A DNA stretch of 64,000 nt from a virus (Duplodnaviria; Caudoviricetes), in the IMG/VR virus record IMGVR_UViG_3300014204_000161, positions 1-64,000 of that record. The stretch is one strand, 5' to 3'. Below, one piece after another: positions 17,845-26,004 of this stretch (positions within the stretch are counted from its first letter, which is position 1; every line of letters begins with the position of its first letter). The translations under genes and the position numbers were made by a program. The notes under the pieces were generated by a model. The model was not told the origin of the DNA. It was given only the letters and a program-made list of their open reading frames with translations, and searched no databases.

Positions 17845-18093
17845 TTACACGAGCTGCAAAAAGCGAGTCGTGCCAACGTGGGTGCGTCCCACCTTGAATG
17901 CTTTCGATACGGGCCGGCCCTGCTCGTCGAGGATAAGTCCCTGTGATTTGAACACGAGGAATCCTTTCTGGAGTCGTTCCTTTATGGCTTTGTTGACTGA
18001 CGTGCGCAGCTTCTTGTACTCGTCGAAGGCCATCTTAGCCGGACGAGCGGTTACGGGATCAGGAGCTGCGGGTAATACGGTTGCGTTTTTCAT
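17845..18093 (-). CDS. hypothetical early protein
   Basis: Promoter 18139. Confidence 0.65.
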   Translation of the reverse strand: MKNATVLPAAPDPVTARPAKMAFDEYKKLRTSVNKAIKERLQKGFLVFKSQGLILDEQGRPVSKAFKVGRTHVGTTRFLQLV

Positions 18094-18151
18094 GGTGCGA
18101 GTTTAGATTGTTTGTACGGTAAAAGCAATACAGTTTCTTGACAGGAAAAAA

Positions 18152-18370
18152 TCAAGCGAATTTCTTTTTCAGCGTGGCCTGCAGCCGCAAGCGGTCGTCG
18201 ATCAGGCTCGGCACGTTGAGGATGCTCATTGCTCTCGACAGCTTCTGCCAGTCGGGCCGGCTGTTGAACAATCTTTTCATTCCGTCTTTGTATGCTGCCT
18301 TATGGGTCTTGATCTCTTGATACTCAGGATTATTCCTACGCAGGGTCTTTGTGGGTTTTTGGTCTTCCAT
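18152..18370 (-). CDS. small basic protein
   Basis: GTAGTATAAT at 18393-18402. Confidence 0.6.
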   Translation of the reverse strand: MEDQKPTKTLRRNNPEYQEIKTHKAAYKDGMKRLFNSRPDWQKLSRAMSILNVPSLIDDRLRLQATLKKKFA

Positions 18371-18539
18371 TATGGTTTTTTGATTTGGATGTATTATACT
18401 ACTCAGAAAGAGCTTATGGTTTTTATGTCCGAGAATTGGACAGCACTTTCTTCAGAGATCTTCTCGTCTATGAAGATGAACCTGGGCTTCAGTCCGGAGA
18501 TGCGGCATGATTCTACGATAAGTTCATTTCTGTCCATGG

Positions 18540-18719
18540 TTACTGTGCGATTAAAGAGTAAATGACGAAGCCTACAAGCCACAGGATAAAGAGGCCGAAC
18601 GTTGCGATCAGGAACCAGGTCGAGACGATCAGGTGCTTGGTCTCTTTGGTGGTCCGAACCGGCCTGACTGGTCCGCTCATCATGCGGATGGCCATAAAGT
18701 GGGATACAAAATTGTTCAT
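18540..18719 (-). CDS. small membrane protein (59 aa, not in ORF track)
   Basis: Below promoter 18757; C-terminal hydrophobic helix; followed by a 44-aa ORF at 18403-18537. Confidence 0.5.
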   Translation of the reverse strand: MNNFVSHFMAIRMMSGPVRPVRTTKETKHLIVSTWFLIATFGLFILWLVGFVIYSLIAQ

Positions 18720-18769
18720 GTGGATTGGATTAGAAGGCTAAAGTAATACCTATCCGCGACAGGAAAAAA

Positions 18770-19276
18770 TCAGATGAAAGTCTCTATGCGCATGAATTCC
18801 TCGTCCGTCGGAAGTGGGCAGTCCTCGATCCATTCGATGTTGGACTTTACTTTCCACAAGCTTAGGTCAAGATCGCTCGGTAACGAGACCTCGTCGAACA
18901 CGTTCAGCCTCAGCGAAAGCCCATGATAAGCCAAATTCTTGAGTAAGAACTCGTTAAGGGCTATAAAATCTTTCAGGTCCTTCTGTTCGTGGATGGTTAG
19001 GGTAACTCCATCGACATGGTTAAGGATCAGCTTGACGTTCCGAGCATGCGCGGTGTAGACATAGAGTTCCGTTTGGACGGAGCCCAGAGCCTTGAGGATC
19101 CAAACTGTGTTCAGGATCTTTGAATCCATGAGGGGTTCTCCGCCGGTCAGGATTATCTGATCGTAACAGTCGAAGCTCTTCACGATCGGAAGAGCTTCGA
19201 TGTTCCATTGCTTGTTGCAACATCCTGCGCAGGAGCGATTGCAATCGGGGGTTATTAACAGTCTAAGTATCTTCAT
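18770..19276 (-). CDS. radical SAM domain protein
   Basis: CxxxCxxC 'CNRSCAGC' and 'TGGEPL'; promoter 19300. Confidence 0.8.
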   Translation of the reverse strand: MKILRLLITPDCNRSCAGCCNKQWNIEALPIVKSFDCYDQIILTGGEPLMDSKILNTVWILKALGSVQTELYVYTAHARNVKLILNHVDGVTLTIHEQKDLKDFIALNEFLLKNLAYHGLSLRLNVFDEVSLPSDLDLSLWKVKSNIEWIEDCPLPTDEEFMRIETFI

Positions 19277-19312
19277 GGTGTAAATGTAATACTCTTTCGC
19301 GAAAGGAAAAAA

Positions 19313-20497
19313 TTACCAGTCAAAGTATTTCTTGTAGAAGACTTGAGGAACGTCCTTCGCCATCATCTGAAAGGTCAATGCGCTGACAGGTTGAAAGAAA
19401 CATTTAACGGCCTGTCCATGATGTACTCTACAGTACTCAGTTATCTTATCGATCTGAATGTCAGTCATGTACACGTTCGGTCCGCGATGGACTCTCTCGT
19501 TCATGTGGCCTTCGAAGTTTATTTCGTTACCGTGGATTCTGACCCAGCCTTTGGCTTGTAACCATCCGTCGGGGTTGGTCTTGTTCTCGTCGGACTCTTC
19601 GATCAGTCCTTTTGCATAGAGAGCGTCCGCAATCTGGTTATGGAGCATGTTGGCGATCTCGCCGTTGAGAGCGTAGTAGTCTCCGTTAGGAGCGAGCCAG
19701 CCAGCATCGTAACCGGCCATGATGTCGACAGGTTCGATCCCCTTCTTTATCACTTCGTCGATCTCGTTCGCGGCAGTTATGTACCGATCGAGGTCTTCCT
19801 GTTCCTTGAGAGCTTTGGCGAAGTCAAGGTTCATGAGGTCCTTGATCTCTTCCATAACGCTGGTCATCCACAGGCGTGCGTCTGCAGCATGGTCACTGTA
19901 GTCTTCAGCTTCGAAATCCTGCGGCCATGTACGCTTCATGAAGTCCACGATGGCCATTTCCTCGACCGATTGCTGGATGTATGCTTTGGAAGCACGAATC
20001 AGAAGTTCGAGCTCCGAAACTCTGCTGTCATAGCGAAGCTCGTCGAGGATGGTCTTCTCGTTTCCGTTCAGGAAGTCGAGCACCTGTTCGTAACTGTAAT
20101 CGATGCTTATGCTCCGCCCGGATCTTACCTTCGAGCCCATGTTCTTGACCGCAGCTGTCAGGTCCAAGCCAGTCTTGTAGATCTCCTTGGTCTTTCTCTG
20201 CACGAATTGCGAGCAGTCAAGGCGGGTAAACCCGATCTTGTCATGGATACCTTCCACGAACTCGGTCGCTACGAATTGCTGGTGTCCGGTCTGTTCGTCG
20301 TTCTCAACGAGCAGGACGAGATCGCCGTGCAGGATCTTCATGGCCAAGCCGGTCGGTACCCCGATCAGGGATTCCGTTATGGTCTCAACGGCCTTGCGGG
20401 GATTGTGATTGTATTCTAAATGTTCTTGGGCGATCGTCGCGAGCAGAGCTCCAGCGTTTTCGCCCAAGGTAAAGTGTATGGTTCTTGTTTCTGACAT
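19313..20497 (-). CDS. hypothetical early protein (394 aa)
   Basis: Promoter 20539; 'GWLAPNGDYY...H...A' motif. Confidence 0.8.
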   Translation of the reverse strand: MSETRTIHFTLGENAGALLATIAQEHLEYNHNPRKAVETITESLIGVPTGLAMKILHGDLVLLVENDEQTGHQQFVATEFVEGIHDKIGFTRLDCSQFVQRKTKEIYKTGLDLTAAVKNMGSKVRSGRSISIDYSYEQVLDFLNGNEKTILDELRYDSRVSELELLIRASKAYIQQSVEEMAIVDFMKRTWPQDFEAEDYSDHAADARLWMTSVMEEIKDLMNLDFAKALKEQEDLDRYITAANEIDEVIKKGIEPVDIMAGYDAGWLAPNGDYYALNGEIANMLHNQIADALYAKGLIEESDENKTNPDGWLQAKGWVRIHGNEINFEGHMNERVHRGPNVYMTDIQIDKITEYCRVHHGQAVKCFFQPVSALTFQMMAKDVPQVFYKKYFDW

Positions 20498-20557
20498 GGC
20501 GGTGTTTGGATTATGCTAGCTAAAGTACCCAATATTCCTGACAGGAAAAAGTCGGGC

Positions 20558-20785
20558 TTACCTGAACACGGACACGGGTCCAGTGTCTCCGTTTCCCTGA
20601 ACAATAATGTACGTGTAGCCCTCGCTGGACTTGTACTCGTACACGTTAAGGTTGGAACCGAATCCGCCAGCGGTTTTCTTCAGGGTCGGGGTACCGGCTG
20701 CGGGTCCAGGCTTTGAGCTGGTCAGGAAGATGGTTGCGAATGCCAAGAGGCAGACGGTGAAGCATGCGATCGCTAGTTTTCTCAT
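20558..20785 (-). CDS. small exported/membrane protein
   Basis: Start revised to MRKLAIACF, below promoter 20824. Confidence 0.65.
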   Translation of the reverse strand: MRKLAIACFTVCLLAFATIFLTSSKPGPAAGTPTLKKTAGGFGSNLNVYEYKSSEGYTYIIVQGNGDTGPVSVFR

Positions 20786-20893
20786 GATGTTAAGTTTTAT
20801 GTTGCTAAAGTACCACAAAGTCTTGACAGGAAAAAATGACTGGCCGGAAGCCCCTACTACGGAGTCCGGCCAGTTCATGGTGTATGTCGGGTT

Positions 20894-21094
20894 TTAGCCG
20901 ACGAGCAGGCCAACGAAGGCTAACAGCTCGGACATCAGGCCCAGCAGGGCCACGGCTCCGATGGCCGTCAGGAAGGCTCCACCCACCCGTTTCCAGTACC
21001 GATCGTACAGTTCCCGCTCTTCAGCCGTCAGGCCTGTGCGGTAACGATCTGCCCGTTCCCGGGCCGTGCTGAAGTGCCGTGCGTGTCTGCTCAT
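20894..21094 (-). CDS. small membrane protein
   Basis: Promoter 21135; C-terminal TM helix. Confidence 0.65.
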   Translation of the reverse strand: MSRHARHFSTARERADRYRTGLTAEERELYDRYWKRVGGAFLTAIGAVALLGLMSELLAFVGLLVG

Positions 21095-21153
21095 GCTTAT
21101 GGATTACTTAGGTTGCAAATATACCACAAACTCTTGACAGCAGAAAATTGGGC

Positions 21154-21462
21154 TTAAACTTTCTCGGTTTCAAGTACCGAAAGCTGGGCTGAGACATCGG
21201 TCTTTCGTAACTGCAAACGAGCGGCCCATTCGTACTCTTCCCGTTCAACGGCCTGTCCAAGGGCAAGGCCCAATGCTTGGTCAAAGCTCTCGAGAAGAAA
21301 GAGGTAGTACTCTTCCGTCCATTCGGTAGACTTCGGACCCGTCTGCTTCTTCAGCTCGTCCGCAAGCCTGTCCAAAGCCCGGTCTATTTTCCTGCGGTTA
21401 CGACCTGCCCGTTCGAGGGCTGCCATTACTTTACCGTGCATTGCTTCCACTTGTTCCCTCAT
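21154..21462 (-). CDS. protein with UVR-like C-terminal motif
   Basis: 'AVEREEYEWAARLQ'. Confidence 0.65.
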   Translation of the reverse strand: MREQVEAMHGKVMAALERAGRNRRKIDRALDRLADELKKQTGPKSTEWTEEYYLFLLESFDQALGLALGQAVEREEYEWAARLQLRKTDVSAQLSVLETEKV

Positions 21463-21968
21463 AGTATACTGATAGTCAATTAGTTGGGCGAGACAGACTC
21501 AGTCGGTCTATCTTCTTGTATTATCTATCGCAGTAACGGTTCTCAAAACGATTCTCGTTACCGTGAGACCACATGTACCAGAAGTACCAGATGTTCCACT
21601 TGTACCCAGTAACGAAAGCTCTTATCAAGAGATAAGAAAGACCAGTACTGGTTCTTCAGCTTCTGAAGCCTGGGTCCTGGCCTTTAGGCCAGGCCCAGGC
21701 CGGGCGGGTACGTTGACACGGCCGCGCGAGCAAGCCGCTCATATTAACTTTCGTTACTGTGTGATTTGGATTACTGTACTTCAGAACTTGCTAACTTAAC
21801 CAAAACTCTTGACAGTAAAAAATGGGATTATTTTTGCCTGCCATTTTTTCCTTTCGCGGATAAGTATTACTTTTACCTTACATTCAAGCTGCAGATCCAG
21901 CCACAAGCCGCGAGGCCGGTGCACGAGCCAGACGGATGAAGCGGACATAGCCGGCACGAATGACAGAC

Positions 21969-22118
21969 CCAGGGACCGGCCCGGCGACGGCCAGGCTAGC
22001 CCTGGGTTACTGCATCGGGAGTCCTGGACAGTGCCCAGGGTTCACTCCTGGAGGTGCCCTGGGTTAGCCCTGGATGACTCCCGGAGGTGTGCCAGGGTCA
22101 CTCCTGGAGGTGCCCCGG
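21969..22118. repeat. phased CCNGG array, ~11-bp period
   Basis: CCNGG at 21969, 21980, 21991, 22001, 22023, 22035, 22047, 22058, 22069, 22080, 22092, 22103 and 22114. Confidence 0.85.
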
Positions 22119-22383
22119 GGGCACTATTAGCAGCTATAAATAGTTTACCAGGAGCAATTGCATTGCCTTTTTCCTTTTTTCCCTGGTCCCCCTAGCCAGC
22201 TGGCCGATCCCGGACCAATGCGGTCTGGGTATCCCGTGTTTCAAGATCTTTCTATAGGGTTTTGGGGTTCAATTAAGTCTGTTTGTGAGCTAGAATGCGA
22301 TTCCGAATGAGCCACATTTCCTAGTTTAGAATTCTCCCCCCGGGTTTGGGGTGTCGGTAATTAAGGTGGGTAGTTTGGTATAC

Positions 22384-22791
22384 TTATTTCTTTTTCTTGG
22401 CATTCTCTGGAAAGTGTAATTTTCCCGTGGTTTCATTGAGCCATACGTATCCAGGCTTGCCGGCTTTGAATTCCTTTTCAGTAAGGACTTCCTGACCAGG
22501 CCCAATCTCTTTCGCTCTTTCTACGTAATTGAGGGTAAGCGGTTTCTTGTACCGATTTATGTTGGTATCTATGTTCAGAGCTTCTTCTATAGTATGGCCC
22601 ATGTCTTCTAAGACTTTCTGGGTTAGCATGAAGATCTCTTCTGCTTCATCATCTCCCTTTTTTAGTATACCGATCAGGACTCCCAATGATTTTGGTTTTC
22701 CTTTACGTATAGCATCCATTGCTGCAAGCTTATGATTGTCGGACCTTACTGTTATATTCAGGTCTCCGGACTTGACTAGGTATTTGCTCAT
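22384..22791 (-). CDS. hypothetical protein
   Basis: ATGA overlap with the upstream gene. Confidence 0.7.
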   Translation of the reverse strand: MSKYLVKSGDLNITVRSDNHKLAAMDAIRKGKPKSLGVLIGILKKGDDEAEEIFMLTQKVLEDMGHTIEEALNIDTNINRYKKPLTLNYVERAKEIGPGQEVLTEKEFKAGKPGYVWLNETTGKLHFPENAKKKK

Positions 22792-23057
22792 TTCTCTCCT
22801 TTCAGTATTTGTTCTATGCGACCTTCTGGGCTTACTCCAGGCCCAATGATCTCTATGTTCTTGAACCCGTTCTCCTCAGTTATTATGGAATCCTTTTCAT
22901 CGATTGCTCCTGGATGCTTTTCACCATAGTGTCCGGTCAGCTTCTTGGAAGCCGGGTCTAGGTCTCCCCATTTGGTTCGGTTTCCGATCAGCGGTTCTAT
23001 GCAGAACTTTCGTCCAGTCTTTTGATCTACAATGAAGTACCGTCCAGTATCGCTCAT
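22788..23057 (-). CDS. hypothetical protein
   Basis: ATGA overlaps on both sides. Confidence 0.75.
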   Translation of the reverse strand: MSDTGRYFIVDQKTGRKFCIEPLIGNRTKWGDLDPASKKLTGHYGEKHPGAIDEKDSIITEENGFKNIEIIGPGVSPEGRIEQILKGEK

Positions 23058-23431
23058 TTTAATTTCTTTGAAAGCTTTCCGCGTTCTATGTCAGCCACTA
23101 CTACCGGGTTCTTTGGGTCGGTCCATGCATCCAAGTTGACCAGCATGAACCGTCTCTGGAAGAACGGATCGTTCTCGCAAATGATGTCCAGCAGCCTGGT
23201 ATTGCTTGAATAAGCGGAGACCAGGGAGTCTGGGCTGCCCTTGATACGACAGATCAGTTCGTCATGGCCCTGGACCCCTAGCCTGCGTATGACGAGCTTG
23301 GGCTTGCTGTACCATTTAGTCGGGTAGTACGTGACCCGATATAGCCTACGACTTGTGGTGACCTCCTCGGTCATTTTTACGTCTTCCATGCTGAGCTTAA
23401 GTTTTGCGTTGAGAAGTTTTTTACTACTCAT
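23054..23431 (-). CDS. hypothetical protein
   Basis: First gene of a coupled trio. Confidence 0.7.
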   Translation of the reverse strand: MSSKKLLNAKLKLSMEDVKMTEEVTTSRRLYRVTYYPTKWYSKPKLVIRRLGVQGHDELICRIKGSPDSLVSAYSSNTRLLDIICENDPFFQRRFMLVNLDAWTDPKNPVVVADIERGKLSKKLK

Positions 23432-23543
23432 TGAACCTGCGGTTTTCAGGAGAATTCACTAGTCGGCACACCGGTAGAAACCCCCACGACCGGGCGAATG
23501 AGTTCCAGGAAGTCAATGATAAATAACCAGAAAAGAACACGGA

Positions 23544-23684
23544 ATGAGCCAAGCTTGCTTAGCGATCGCTGGCCTTCTGGTGGTTCTCGCTTTCTTTCTC
23601 TTCACTAGGTGCATGCACAAATGCAAGAAAGAAAGGAAACGATTGATAACTGACAGGGATGCCAGTCCCACCATGGGTGCGTAA
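23544..23684 (+). CDS. small membrane protein (46 aa, not in ORF track)
   Basis: ATAAATA upstream; TM helix then a basic tail. Confidence 0.55.
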   Translation: MSQACLAIAGLLVVLAFFLFTRCMHKCKKERKRLITDRDASPTMGA

Positions 23685-23778
23685 TTTGTAAGGGATCCCA
23701 TACCTAGCCCCTATTTTAAGATGAAACTTCCCATCCCAAGGCAAGCTCTGTGATAAATAACTAAAACCCTGAAGCCCC

Positions 23779-23919
23779 ATGACGCTCCTCATAATTTTTA
23801 ATTCGATAGTTGGAATTTCGATATTAGCCTGTGCCTACTTGCTGTACAGGCAAATGAGGCTGGAAGGGGACAGGGACTGGATCATGAGAGTCACGAACAA
23901 AAAAGGAATCACAGACTGA
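23779..23919 (+). CDS. small membrane protein (46 aa, not in ORF track)
   Basis: ATAAATA at 23753-23759; TGATG overlap with the next gene. Confidence 0.6.
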   Translation: MTLLIIFNSIVGISILACAYLLYRQMRLEGDRDWIMRVTNKKGITD

Positions 23920-25295
23920 TGCCGAATTACGAACTTGTCCTGTTTCCTACTGGAACTAAGTACCTTGAACTTGATACTGTCCTTACCTCTCCGTCCAATT
24001 GTATACTTCTAAATCCAATCGGAGGCGGTGGACCTACCATTACTTTTGAACTTATTCCAACCGGCAGCACGTCAGACCTAGGTACATGCTTTTACTTGAC
24101 CGGAACTACCGGTAAAACTGTCTACATTGACTGGGGAGATTCTAGCACGGACAGCACCATCTCACTGACGGGAAGCAGCCAGCAAATGACTCATGCCTAT
24201 GCTTCTGGCGGAACGTACACCGTGACCATAACCGGAGACACCAATTACCTTTCAGCTTTTTTCCTAAACAGCATATCCACCATAGGGTTTTCGCTAGGAA
24301 TCACGGCACTTCCGTCAAACATCACAACTTGGGACATTTACGATTATTCTGGAAATTCAGCATTCACCGGAGCTATCAGCAGCTTTCCAAGCGGACTGGT
24401 AAGGCTCTATCATATTGAAACTTCGATGCAACTTACTGGGTCGATAGAAAATTTCGGATCGTCGCTAGCTAACTTAATTATGTTCAATGGATCGTCCACG
24501 TTAACTGGATCTATAGCGAACCTGGCATCGACTACTGCTCTTACTTCTATTGACTTAAGGTATCACACTAGCTTAACTGGTAGCATAGAAACTTTCCTAA
24601 CGAGAAGCACTAACTTGACGAGCATGTACATCGACGGATGCACCAGCATGTCCGGCAATGTCACGTCCTGGCCAAGCTCATTAAACAGTGCAATATTACT
24701 TAACATGTCAGGAGTCACAGCTTCAGTAAACGGGCTTGGAGGAACTCAGCTGCACCTTGCCTTGAAAAACCTCGGGACTTGTACTGGGTCAATAGCGAAT
24801 CTGCCGTCTGGAACGTATTCGATTGACTTGGCCGACATAGGTACCAGCATCACCGGTTCGGTGAACAGCCTACCTTCGTCGGTTCGCGAAGTCACATTAG
24901 CTTGCAATGGAGCAGGTTTCACATGTTCATGCGGCGGAACATTTCCAACTTACTTGTACTCACTTAAATTAAAATACGTTCCGATTTCGGGTGACATTGG
25001 AGCCTTGCCAGACTTACTGATCTTATGGATAGAGGAAAATTCTTCTACTCTTTCTTACACTGGCGGAAGCACATGGAAAAGTTTAATGAATGATGTCAAG
25101 ATCCTTCCAGCTACGAGTTATGGGTTAACTTCAACACAAGTGGATAATATCCTTATTGATTTGAACACCTATGTTACTACTTGGCAAACGCCAAAGACTA
25201 TAAATTTAGCTGGAAATAATGCAGCACGAACTTCAGCTTCGAACGCAGCAGTCACGTCCCTTCAAGGAAAGGAAGTTACCGTAACTACTAACTAA
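23919..25295 (+). CDS. PKD-like domain + leucine-rich-repeat protein
   Basis: 'IDWGDSS...HAYASGGTYTVTITG'; repeated 'LTGSIxNL/LP' units. Confidence 0.7.
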   Translation: MPNYELVLFPTGTKYLELDTVLTSPSNCILLNPIGGGGPTITFELIPTGSTSDLGTCFYLTGTTGKTVYIDWGDSSTDSTISLTGSSQQMTHAYASGGTYTVTITGDTNYLSAFFLNSISTIGFSLGITALPSNITTWDIYDYSGNSAFTGAISSFPSGLVRLYHIETSMQLTGSIENFGSSLANLIMFNGSSTLTGSIANLASTTALTSIDLRYHTSLTGSIETFLTRSTNLTSMYIDGCTSMSGNVTSWPSSLNSAILLNMSGVTASVNGLGGTQLHLALKNLGTCTGSIANLPSGTYSIDLADIGTSITGSVNSLPSSVREVTLACNGAGFTCSCGGTFPTYLYSLKLKYVPISGDIGALPDLLILWIEENSSTLSYTGGSTWKSLMNDVKILPATSYGLTSTQVDNILIDLNTYVTTWQTPKTINLAGNNAARTSASNAAVTSLQGKEVTVTTN

Positions 25296-25340
25296 TTTTA
25301 TCGTAAAGTCACACTATAAATACGATAAAACCATCCGTAA

Positions 25341-25736
25341 ATGTTCGTCCCAAATCACCTCCATCTAATAGTTAGGGCCCATGTTGACAAGCCCCCATCC
25401 TCAGAAAAAGAGCTCAATGACTGGCTTGAAGAGCTGGTAGGCCTGGTAGGCATGAAAGTTGTCGCCGGGCCCACTTCCACGTATGTCCATGATGAAGGTA
25501 ACGAGGGAGTCACAGGAACTATCACTCTAGCAACATCGCATGCCTCGGTTCACGTATGGGATCATGATAAGCCTTCCCTTGTCCAGTTCGACATTTACTC
25601 GTGCAAGGAGTACTCCATCGAGTCAGTGTTCGCTCACCTAAACAAGTTCGAAATGGTGTCGTACCAATGGCTGTTCATCGATAGAAATGACGGCATTCAC
25701 ATTAGTTCCGGCGGTCGGTGGGACAGAGCAGATTAA
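25341..25736 (+). CDS. speH: S-adenosylmethionine decarboxylase proenzyme (SpeH/SpeD-like)
   Basis: 'GVTGTITLATSHASVHVW...FDIYSC'; TATAAATA at 25315-25322. Confidence 0.8.
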   Translation: MFVPNHLHLIVRAHVDKPPSSEKELNDWLEELVGLVGMKVVAGPTSTYVHDEGNEGVTGTITLATSHASVHVWDHDKPSLVQFDIYSCKEYSIESVFAHLNKFEMVSYQWLFIDRNDGIHISSGGRWDRAD

Positions 25737-25776
25737 TGCTAACCTTGCGAATAAATAATCCAAATAAGCTATTTGC

Positions 25777-25950
25777 ATGGCAGTTCATACGCATCCAAGC
25801 ATACCTTGTCCAATCTGCGGATTCGGGTCGAAGGCCGAGCCCAAGATACTATCCTTTCATAAATTCATGAATGAGAACGAGGAATCCGAAGAGGAAGATT
25901 GGACTCAAATGCTAGAAACGGTTTCACGAAAAGGACAGGGACGATCCTGA
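25777..25950 (+). CDS. small acidic protein (57 aa, not in ORF track)
   Basis: ATAAATA at 25751; CPIC; 'LSFHKFMNE'. Confidence 0.55.
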   Translation: MAVHTHPSIPCPICGFGSKAEPKILSFHKFMNENEESEEEDWTQMLETVSRKGQGRS

Positions 25951-26004
25951 CGAGATCGACCTGTTGGAATGGTATCTCATCACTCAATAAAAACATAATG
26001 ACAC

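Larger units (their letters stand above)
5369..21875 (-). promoter_or_regulatory. array of 26 early-type promoters TTTTTT(C/A)CT(G/T)TC(A/G)-N11-TAnnTT(T/A)(G/A)
   Basis: Upstream box on the + strand starts at 5388, 5611, 8717, 9415, 10210, 10746, 11223, 11796, 12206, 12775, 13456, 14436, 14560, 15163, 15279, 15543, 15804, 16420, 18139, 18757, 19300, 20539, 20824, 21135 and 21810; one rightward copy at 21844-21875; a few copies deviate by 1-2 nt. Confidence 0.9.

Noticed and set aside
9027-20419. Long antisense ORFs (e.g. 9427-9828, 11137-11688, 19640-20419)
   Set aside because: They lie opposite well-supported genes, as expected from GC-rich codon bias.
5369-21875. Repeated GACAGGAAAAAA motif as CRISPR or IS ends
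   Set aside because: Spacing is irregular and set by whole genes, and each copy has a fixed -7 box, so promoter is the better reading.
21563-22195. ORFs 21563-21799 and 21809-22195
   Set aside because: They run through promoters, hairpins and the CCNGG array and lack good starts; probably spurious.
23513-23792. Minus-strand ORFs 23513-23701 and 23559-23792
   Set aside because: Shadows of + strand membrane peptides that have late promoters.
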